This document shows positions 50,623-58,930 of a stretch of 64,000 bases of DNA, one piece after another. Position numbers and translations under genes: made by a program. Within the stretch, counting starts at the first letter, position 1, and every line of letters starts with the position of its first letter. Source of the stretch: an uncultured delta proteobacterium (GTDB lineage Bacteria; Desulfobacterota; Desulfobacteria; Desulfobacterales; JAHEIW01); NCBI GenBank assembly GCA_963706575.1, contig CAVPNL010000015.1, forward strand, positions 448,001 to 512,000. Reading direction: 5' to 3'. The notes under the pieces were generated by a model, which was given only the letters and a program-made list of their open reading frames with translations, was not told the origin of the DNA and searched no databases.

Positions 50623-50974
50623 TTTTCTTTAAATTTGTTTTTGTTAATAAAATTTGAAACGCTCAATTTAGGTTTTATACAATTCTAAACTATTATCGGT
50701 ATAATGCGCTAAAATATTAAATAATAATGAATTATGCAAGATTTGTGCAAGGTTTGCAAATTTATTAAAAGTTATTTTAATAGAAATTACAAGCACTTAT
50801 TTAAAAATACCGCCTAATTGCCCGGTGATAAGAAAAATATTTACCAATTTACTGAAGTACACTTCACAATTTAAGGAGTCTTCATTTATTAAAAAAAGGT
50901 TCGAAAGATTTGACTTAAAACGCTAAATTCCCTATACCCTATTTAAACAAGCAAAATTAAGATTCGTTTTTAAT

Positions 50975-51442
50975 ATGAATTTTACCGCAAAATCATACAC
51001 CAGGACCCATTCGCAAAGGGCGACCTCTAAGGACGGCGGTAGGAAAGGCCATCCGGATCCACGGAAATATCCACGCAAGCCCTGTTTAAAATCCGTGTTT
51101 TTCAACTGTGGTGATCAAAGATACGGCGGTTTGATTAAAAATATCAGCCGCGGCGGTGTTTTTATTGAAACCTTAGATAAATTTTTTTTCGGGCAGTCAA
51201 TCGAGCTGGTCATCCCGAACACCCGAATCGATCGGGGTAAACCCATACCGGGCTGGATTGTGCATTTGAGTGAAACCGGGATAGGCGTTACATTTAAAAG
51301 AATATTTGAAAGAAGATCGGGCAGGGAGCGCCGACATGCAATCGATCGCAGAAGCGGTTCAGACCGGCGCAAAAGCCATTTGCGAAAAAACCGTCGCAAA
51401 AAAAAGACACAACTCGACCCGATAATGAATTACTACACCTAA
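50975..51442 (+). CDS. PilZ domain protein with Arg-rich (E/D)RR tail
   Basis: RKYPR, NISRGGVFI, GIGVTF, then ERRSGRERR...DRRSGSDRR. Confidence 0.78.
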   Translation: MNFTAKSYTRTHSQRATSKDGGRKGHPDPRKYPRKPCLKSVFFNCGDQRYGGLIKNISRGGVFIETLDKFFFGQSIELVIPNTRIDRGKPIPGWIVHLSETGIGVTFKRIFERRSGRERRHAIDRRSGSDRRKSHLRKNRRKKKTQLDPIMNYYT

Positions 51443-51477
51443 CACATATCGGCCGGCTAACATCTTCTGCGCTTTTT

Positions 51478-51682
51478 TAGAAGTGGTTTCAAAACCTCAG
51501 ATTAGGTCCAAGGGCAAGGCGTGGGCAGGCCGACTGGGAAAGGCGTTGTTCTCAGCATACACGGTATGTGAGCATTTACCGGAGGCCTGTGCTGCACCTT
51601 AATTTAAAAAATCAGATGCGAATCCCGCTTAGCGGGGCAACGCAGCCATTGGGCCTGCAGATGGGGTTTTGAAACCACTTTA
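51478..51682. mobile_element. non-coding element with terminal inverted repeats (MITE-like)
   Basis: AAGTGGTTTCAAAACC at 51481 and GGTTTTGAAACCACTT ending 51680, TA-flanked; lone copy of one end at 49025-49042. Confidence 0.65.
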
Positions 51683-51868
51683 GTCCAGCACAGCAACCGC
51701 TTCAATCTCTACCATAAAATCCGGCAAGAGCCAAACTTTCCACAATAAGCAGCGTATTGGTGGGTAGGGTTCCTGAAAAAACTTGCAGTCGCATCTCGAA
51801 CGCTGCGGTAAGTTTACGATGTAGTCGTAATGGGTTACAGGTAGTCATTTTGACAATGTTTTGCTATT

Positions 51869-52950
51869 TTAAATCGCTCGGCGCACAAAAAAGTCGAATT
51901 GCCGGGAAAAATCGATCAAAGAATCCAGTTTGCTTTTTGCCCGGCCGGAATCAATGGACCCTTTTGCCCGCTCAACACCTTCCTTAAAATTGTCATCCAG
52001 CCCAGCCGCTACAAATGCCGCCGCTGCATTCAACAGCACGACGTCTCTTTTCGGCCCTTTTTCACCGTCTAAAACGTTTCGGATTATTTCGGCATTGGCC
52101 TTAGCATCCCCGCCCTTGATTGCTTCAGGCGCTGCCCGCTTGAAACCATGCGCTTCGGGGGTCATTTCAAAAGTATTTATTGCGCCGTCTTTCAGTTGAG
52201 AAACCTGGGTGATGCCACAAATACTGATCTCGTCAAAGGTTTCTTCTCCGCATACCACAAATGCCTGCCGCATACCGAGTTTTTGAAGAACCTGAGCCAT
52301 CTTCTCGGTATGATGAGGCATCATAGACACCCAACACCTGGGCAGTTGCTCCGGCAGGGTTTACCAAAGGCCCCAATAGGTTAAAGATAGACCGCAGCCC
52401 AACCTGCTGCCGGGGTTCCGCCACCGCTTTCATGGCGCCATGAAAAAGCGGTGCATATAAAAACCCGATCCCGACATCCTGGATGCACTTCTCAACATTG
52501 GCAAAATTGATATCCAGATTTACGCCCAGGCTGATGAGCACATCAGCGCTGCCACACTGCCTGGAAGTTGCCCAGTTGCCGTATTTGGCCACCTTAAGCC
52601 CCGCACCGGCCACCACCAGCGCTGTTGCCGTAGAAATATTAAAGGTTTGGGTGCCGTTTGCTCCGTTGCCGTGGGTATCGAGGATCGTTTCCTCTTCGAC
52701 ATTGATTTCATCTCGATCAATATTAATCAAAGGTTCATCGAGCTCTGATTTTCCTTGTCTTGGCCTGCATGGCTTTAGCCGCCCCGGTAATCTCTTCGAC
52801 GGTTTCGCCTTTCATTCTCAGGGCAGTGATAAATGCGCCGATCTGAGCCGGTGCCGCCATGCCGCTCAAAAACATCTCCATGACGTCGGTCATCTCTTTT
52901 TCGCTCAGGTGGTTTCCATTCGCTACCTGTGTGATCGCTTGATTGATCAT
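51869..52950 (-). CDS. trpD: anthranilate phosphoribosyltransferase-like protein, two frameshifts, altered motifs
   Basis: [44 protein letters not shown] spread over three frames (shifts near 52740 and 52312). Confidence 0.85.
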
Positions 52951-52992
52951 GATTCAATACCTCCTTGTTTTTATTAGAACCCATCTCAAATT

Positions 52993-53080
52993 AAAAAAGG
53001 CCGCGGGATCTAAGCCCCACGGCCTTTAAATCGTCATCAAACAAAAAACCGTGGGCTCCTCGGGAGGAGGCCCACGGTTG
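52993..53080 (-). terminator. two tandem intrinsic terminators in the trpD leader
   Basis: minus strand: aaccgtgggcctcc...ggagcccacggtttttt then aaaggccgtgggg...cccgcggcctttttt. Confidence 0.85.
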
Positions 53081-53097
53081 TTAGCTACAACGTTATG

Positions 53098-53196
53098 TTA
53101 GTTTGCGATGGGTGGGCACAGCTCCCTGTTAGCGGTGCGCCACCACCAATTGGTGCATAATAGTTCCAAATCGGTTGTTTGCTTGAGCTTCATCAT
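53098..53196 (-). CDS. trpL: Trp attenuator leader peptide MMKLKQTTDLELLCTNWWWRTANRELCPPIAN
   Basis: three consecutive TGG codons in a 32-aa ORF between promoter and terminator upstream of trpD. Confidence 0.85.
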   Translation of the reverse strand: MMKLKQTTDLELLCTNWWWRTANRELCPPIAN

Positions 53197-53199
53197 GAT

Positions 53200-53280
53200 C
53201 TGAATAGAGGGGCCCCGTAAAAATGTCAAGTAAAAAAAATAAAAAGCGCTTGACAAGCGTTAGGAATCCCTTTAAAAAGC
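53200..53280. promoter_or_regulatory. back-to-back sigma70-type promoters
   Basis: TTGACA on minus strand (53224-53229) and on plus strand (53250-53255) around an A tract; -10 boxes weak. Confidence 0.6.
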
Positions 53281-53302
53281 GTAAAAACCACTATGAGGAA
53301 TA

Positions 53303-53389
53303 ATGATGGTAACAACTGGACATAATATCGATCAATCCCGGCAGTACTTTTATTTTTATTTCTACCGGAGGGGTCTGCCCATGGGTTGA
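53303..53389 (+). CDS. Tyr/Phe attenuator leader peptide MMVTTGHNIDQSRQYFYFYFYRRGLPMG
   Basis: GAGGA RBS; TAC TTT TAT TTT TAT TTC TAC run; directly upstream of terminators and DAHP synthase. Confidence 0.85.
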   Translation: MMVTTGHNIDQSRQYFYFYFYRRGLPMG

Positions 53390-53410
53390 TGGATCATCTA
53401 ATTTGATTTT

Positions 53411-53482
53411 AAGCCGCGGGCAGACGAAAGCTCGCGGCTTTTTTGTTTTTAAAGGCCGTGAATAAAATTCACGGCCTTTTTT
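53411..53482 (+). terminator. two tandem intrinsic terminators in the aro leader
   Basis: aagccgcgggc...gctcgcggctttttt and aaaggccgtgaat...attcacggcctttttt; gtctgccc (53373-80) can pair with gggcagac (53418-25) as antiterminator. Confidence 0.85.
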
Positions 53483-53510
53483 AAGCGAATTCAACGCGAA
53501 GGGGAAAAAA

Positions 53511-54584
53511 ATGAAATCAACTGACGATCTGCGAATTAAGGGGTACCAACCGCTGACGGCGCCGCACATCTTAAAGCAAGAAATTCCAATCAGTAAAGCA
53601 GCAAATGAAACGGTTGTTTCGGGAAGAGCGCACATCGAAGCCATTCTGCGCAAGGAAGACCGCCGCCTGCTGGTGATTGTGGGGCCGTGTTCCATCCATG
53701 ATGAAACGGCGGCGCTTGAATATGCATCCCGCTTGAACCGGCTGCGCAATCAGGTGGCCGATACCCTTTATGTCGTCATGCGCGTCTATTTCGAAAAACC
53801 GCGCACCACCGTGGGGTGGAAAGGTATGATCAATGATCCGGATCTGGATGGCACCTGCGACATGACGGCCGGATTGCGCAAGGCTCGTGGCCTGTTAACA
53901 CAGATTAATGAAATGGGGCTGCCGGCCGCCACCGAGATGCTGGATTCGATCACCGCTCAGTATGTCGCCGATCTGGTCAGCTGGTCGGCCATCGGGGCCC
54001 GCACGGCCGAATCCCAGAGCCACCGTGAAATGGCCAGCGGTTTATCCATGCCGGTGGGTTTTAAAAACAGCACGGACGGCAATCTGTCATCCGCCATCAA
54101 TGCATTGACGGCCGCACGCGCCCCGCAAAGTTTTCTGGGAATCGATCAGGACGGCAAAACCTGTGTGGTTAAAACCAACGGGAATCCATGGGTGCATATC
54201 GTTTTACGGGGCGGCAAAAGACCCAATTACGACCCCATCAGTCTGGAGGAAGCGCGCCTGAGGCTGATTGAAAAAGATCTGCCGGAAGCGATTATGGTGG
54301 ACTGCTCGCATGCCAATTCAATGAAAAAATACCAGGGACAGGCCGTGGTCTGGAAAAACGTCATTGGTCAATACCTGAGCGGTAACGAAGCCTTGATCGG
54401 TTTGATGCTCGAAAGCAACCTGCATGAGGGCAATCAGACTTTTGCCGGTGACGCTTCAGCATTAAAATACGGGGTTTCCATTACGGATGAATGCATTTCA
54501 TGGGAAACCACCGAACAATTACTGCTGTGGGCGCATGCGGCGCTTCGGCAGGCGGATCCGCAAAAATATCAACAGGCATCATAA
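53511..54584 (+). CDS. 3-deoxy-7-phosphoheptulonate (DAHP) synthase, class I-alpha (AroF/G/H type)
   Basis: GPCSIHD, RVYFEKPRTTVGWKG, AIGART, GFKN, DCSHANS, SITDECI. Confidence 0.95.
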   Translation: MKSTDDLRIKGYQPLTAPHILKQEIPISKAANETVVSGRAHIEAILRKEDRRLLVIVGPCSIHDETAALEYASRLNRLRNQVADTLYVVMRVYFEKPRTTVGWKGMINDPDLDGTCDMTAGLRKARGLLTQINEMGLPAATEMLDSITAQYVADLVSWSAIGARTAESQSHREMASGLSMPVGFKNSTDGNLSSAINALTAARAPQSFLGIDQDGKTCVVKTNGNPWVHIVLRGGKRPNYDPISLEEARLRLIEKDLPEAIMVDCSHANSMKKYQGQAVVWKNVIGQYLSGNEALIGLMLESNLHEGNQTFAGDASALKYGVSITDECISWETTEQLLLWAHAALRQADPQKYQQAS

Positions 54585-54588
54585 AAGA

Positions 54589-55605
54589 ATGGAAACGATT
54601 ACCATAGACGCGAATTCAGGCCCGTCACACATTTTAATCGGTGAGCGCCTGGCGAACCTGCAGCGATACGTTCCGGTGGCAAAGCCGATTATCATCACCG
54701 ATGTTAATGTTGGCCAATTGTACCCCCTGGAGTCAATGGCCAGCGATGTGATCACCATCGGCACCGGGGAAGAAATCAAGACGCTGGATACCGTGCGCGA
54801 TATTTACGCGCACCTGGTATCATCCGGGGCGGATCGCTCCGCATTTATCGTCGGTATTGGCGGCGGTATCGTCTGCGATATTACCGGTTTTGTGGCTTCG
54901 ACCTTTCTGCGGGGGGTGCGCTTTGGTTTTGTGGCCACTACCCTGCTGGCTCAGGTGGATGCCAGCGTCGGCGGTAAAAACGGTGTTAATTTTAAAGGAT
55001 ACAAAAATATGGTCGGGCTGTTTCATCAGCCTGAATTTGTCATCTGTGATCCTGAATTATTAAAAACGCTGCCGCGGAAGGAAATCTCGTGCGGCCTGGC
55101 CGAAATCGTCAAACATGCGGCCATCGCGGATGCCGATCTATTCGCTTATCTTGAGAAGCATGCTGAAGACATCTTGGCGCTGGACCGCCAGGCGATTGAA
55201 AAGCTGGTGCGGGTGTCGGTGCGCATCAAATCATCGATTGTCAGGCGGGACGAAACCGAAAAAGGCGAACGCCGTTTACTGAACTTCGGTCACACCTTCG
55301 GGCATGCGATTGAAAAAGTGACCGGTGTGGCACACGGTGAGGCGGTCAGTACGGGTATGGTGATTGCGTCAGCCCTGTCTGTTAAAAAAGGCCTTCTGTC
55401 AGCGGAAGAAGACCAACGGCTGCGGGCCGTACTGCAAAATTTAAAACTTCCGACCCGTTTGGAGGCGCAACCCCAAAAAATCCTGGATGCCATCGCAAAA
55501 GATAAAAAAAGGGCGGGCGACCGCATCCATTTTGTTCTGTTAAATGGAATCGGCAGTGCCCGGGTGGGTCAACTTACCTTGCAGGAACTCAAGGATGACC
55601 TGTAA
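54589..55605 (+). CDS. aroB: 3-dehydroquinate synthase
   Basis: GGGIVCD, TTLLAQVDASVGGKNG, LNFGHTFGHAIE, HGEAV, DKK. Confidence 0.95.
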   Translation: METITIDANSGPSHILIGERLANLQRYVPVAKPIIITDVNVGQLYPLESMASDVITIGTGEEIKTLDTVRDIYAHLVSSGADRSAFIVGIGGGIVCDITGFVASTFLRGVRFGFVATTLLAQVDASVGGKNGVNFKGYKNMVGLFHQPEFVICDPELLKTLPRKEISCGLAEIVKHAAIADADLFAYLEKHAEDILALDRQAIEKLVRVSVRIKSSIVRRDETEKGERRLLNFGHTFGHAIEKVTGVAHGEAVSTGMVIASALSVKKGLLSAEEDQRLRAVLQNLKLPTRLEAQPQKILDAIAKDKKRAGDRIHFVLLNGIGSARVGQLTLQELKDDL

Positions 55606-55909
55606 ATGAATAAATCGAATACATACAAAACCGGCGGCGATCCGAATGCGGATATCGGCGTGCTACGTCAGGCCATCGATGAGATCGATGAAAAAATTTT
55701 GGACTTAATCAATCAGAGGCTTTCTCTGGCAAAACAAATCGGCGATTTTAAGAAACAGGGCGGCATTCAGATTACAGACAGCGGGCGCGAAAAAGAAATT
55801 TTGAACCGCTTGCTGGAGAAAAACAATGGCCCCATGGGCGACGGACGGGCTGCGTAATATTTTTGAAGCCATCATCGCTGAGGGCCGCAATGTGCAACGC
55901 ACGGGTTAA
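55606..55909 (+). CDS. monofunctional chorismate mutase (AroQ-type) with a +1 frameshift
   Basis: LRQAIDEIDEKILDLINQR...K...D.GRE; tail LRNIFEAIIAEGRNVQRTG* in a shifted frame after ~55843. Confidence 0.8.
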
Positions 55910-55920
55910 AGCGCGAAAGA

Positions 55921-56771
55921 GTGAAAGCAAAAATGATTGATGCAGATACATCCCTTTTTGGCCTGATCGGAAATCCGGTGGCGCATAGCTTAAGCCCGGT
56001 GATGCACAATCAGGCGTTTGCAGCGACCGGTTACAACGCGGTTTATTTAGCGTTCAGGGTCACTGATCCGGGTAGCGGCGATAAAAGGCATCAAGGCTCT
56101 GAATTTTAAAGGTGTCAGTGTCACCCTGCCTCACAAAGTTGCGGTTATGGAATATCTCGATGAGATCGACGAGACAGCAGCACGGATCGGAGCGGTCAAT
56201 ACCATTGTCAACAACCAGGGCAGGCTGATCGGATACAACACCGACTGTCCGGGCGCCCTGGAAGCTTTGAGGACCCGGACCTCGATAAAGGATAAATCGG
56301 TGGCACTCATCGGTGCCGGCGGGGCGGCCCGGGCCATCGGATTCGGCCTGGTGGCTGCCGGCGGGCGGGTGACCATTCTGAACCGCACGCGGGTATCCGG
56401 AGAGCGCCTGGCGGCGGATCTGCAGGTGCAATTTTTACCTTTAGACGAATGGGCACCAAACCACTATGAGATTCTGATTAACACCACGCCGGTTGGCATG
56501 CATCCTGACACCGATGCAACCCCGATTCCGAAGGAGGACCTATCAAAAGATATGGTGGTCATGGACATCGTCTACAATCCGCTGGAAACCCGACTTTTAA
56601 AGGAAGCCGCCGCCGGTGGATGTCGCATCATCAATGGCGTTGACATGTTTGTATTTCAGGGAGCGCAGCAATTCGAGCTGTGGACCGGCAAAAAGGCCCC
56701 GGTGGAGTGTCATGCGGAATGCGGTTTTGGAGGCTCTGAAGAATAGATTTAGTTTAGGTGTGATCGGGTAA
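55921..56771 (+). CDS. aroE: shikimate dehydrogenase, two frameshifts
   Basis: HSLSPVMHN, SVTLPHK, GAVNT, GYNTD, GAGGAARA, DIVYNP; shifts near 56078 and 56708. Confidence 0.9.
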
Positions 56772-56858
56772 TTCAGGATCGACAATGCGTATGCATGACA
56801 AACCTGAACACTGATCACCTGATTTATTAAAAAGGCTTAAAGGTTAACTCACAAACAA

Positions 56859-58124
56859 ATGAAAGAAATAAAGACTCATAAAATTAACAACTGCCGGGTG
56901 ACAGTGCCCGGCTCAAAGAGCTATACGCATCGCATGTTGATTGCGGCGGCCTTGGCCAAAGGCGTGTCTACCCTTAAAAACGCCCTTGTCAGTGAAGATA
57001 CGCAATTTACTATGGATGCCCTCAGGCAGATGGGGATTCAAATTGAAGTTAACCGCGCTGAGGTGCGGGTTGATGGAAAGGGTGGCCGTTTGGAACCGTG
57101 CGACGCACCGATCTATCTCGGGAATTCCGGAACCTCCATGCGCCTGCTAACCGGAGTGGCGGCGCTGGGCAAAGGAACCTATACCCTGACCGGCAATGCC
57201 CGTATGCAAATGCGGCCGATAAAGGACCTGCTGGTGCAATGCAACAGATGGGCATTAAGGCTCGATCCGTTAAAGACAACGGTTGTCCGCCGGTAGAGGT
57301 GGCCGGCACAGCGATCGACGCCGAACAGGTGGACATTAACTGCCAAAACAGCAGCCAGTATCTTTCGGCACTACTCTTGATGGCGCCTTGCACTTCGCAG
57401 GGACTTGAAATCCGGGTAGCCGGCGGCCCACCGGTATCCAAACCCTATGTCGACCTGACGGTGGCATTGATGGAGATCTTCGGTATCCGGCTCGATCGCA
57501 GCGGTTATCAAAAATTCCAAGTTCCGGGAGGGCAGTTTTATCGTGCCGGAAAATATGTTGTGGAAGCGGATTGCTCGCAGGCTTCCTATTTCTGGGGCGC
57601 GGCTGCTATTAGCGGTGCTGAAATCAAGGTGGTGGGGATACGGGCAGATTCGGCCCAGGGGGATCTGCGCTTTGTCGACATGCTGCAACAGATGGGGTGC
57701 CGCGTTTCCAGGGAATCAAACAGCATCGCTGTTGCCGGCGGGATCACTTTCCGCCATTGAAGCCGATCTGGCGGATATGCCCGACCAGGTCCCGACGCTG
57801 GCCGTGGTGGCGGCATTTGCCACGGGTACAACCGTGATTAAAAATGTCGCCCATCTTAAATCAAAGGAGAGCGACCGTTTAAGCGCCACGGTAACCGAAC
57901 TTAAAAAAATGGGCATCGACGCCACTTGCACCGCAAACGCCCTGGTCGTCAAGGGCGGAAAGCCAAAAGGTGCCATAATTGACACTTATAATGATCACCG
58001 CATCGCCATGAGTTTTGCCATGGCGGGATTGAATGTGCCGGGAGTATGCATCCGAAACGAAGGCTGTGTTGAAAAATCCTTTCCGGCCTTCTGGCAGGTT
58101 TTTGAGGGATTGTATCCGTCATGA
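56859..58124 (+). CDS. aroA: EPSP synthase, two frameshifts
   Basis: PGSKSYTHR, GNSGTSMR, SSQYLSALL, DMPD, KESDRL, DHRIAM, KSFP; shifts near 57235 and 57742. Confidence 0.92.
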
Positions 58125-58505
58125 ATCTTTTTTTGACCGGGTACCGCTGCAGCGGTAAAACAACCATCGGCAAATCAATTGCCAGGAGAATTGACTGGTC
58201 TTTTGTGGATTCCGATTTGCTTGTCACCAAAAAAAGCGGAAAAAGTATTCAAGACATCATCGACACAGAAGGCTGGGACGCTTTTCGCCGCATGGAGCGT
58301 TCGGCATTGCAGCAAATCTGCGCAGATGATCGCCAGGTAGTGGCCACCGGTGGCGGGGTTGTGCTTGACCCAATCGAATATCAAGGCAATGAAAACCAGC
58401 GGTATTGTTATCTGGTTAGATGCAGGCGCTGAAACCATTCAGAAAAGAATGCTGCGGGATAAAAACACCGACGATTTTCGACCGGCATTAACCGACAAGG
58501 GGTCC
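58121..58505 (+). CDS. aroK: shikimate kinase, frameshifted and truncated at the junction
   Basis: GYRCSGKTT P-loop, FRRME, ATGGG, RPAL; shift near 58372; C-terminal part absent. Confidence 0.85.
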
Positions 58506-58930
58506 CAGCCGATCTGCTTAACCGTTTCGAAGTAATCATGACTTGGTCCCCTAGGTGTGCCGTGCTTGTCAATTCAGACGCTGGTTGTTACCTGGCCACG
58601 TCCGTCGTGGAGTGGCGGCCATTTTTCGCTCACCGATCGACATTTGCCTGCGGCCGGCGCCGGCGTGAGATCGTCGTGCCGGCCGATGCATTCCGCGGCC
58701 GGATGGCCGACTGCCTATCGGCCGAGATTCAACTGCCCCCGGCCTGCTCCCCGACGAGTCGAGGGGCCTCCGGGCAATGCCTTCTTGGCCGCATCCTATT
58801 CATTGCGGCCGCGGCAGCAGGTGTGACCGAGAAAATAGTTTTTTTTGTTGCCCCGCGTGGTGACGACCCGCCGCAGGGGCAGAATGCCAGGCGCCCCGTC
58901 GTAGTGCCAGCAGCGGGGAACGGCCGGGCG

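Noticed and set aside
52735..52737. TGA in trpD as possible selenocysteine/readthrough
   Set aside because: Homology continues in a different frame, so it is a frameshift, not recoding.
55606..58505. Programmed frameshifting or true pseudogenes in the aro operon
   Set aside because: No consistent slippery sites or nonsense codons; indels cluster near the junction like consensus errors.
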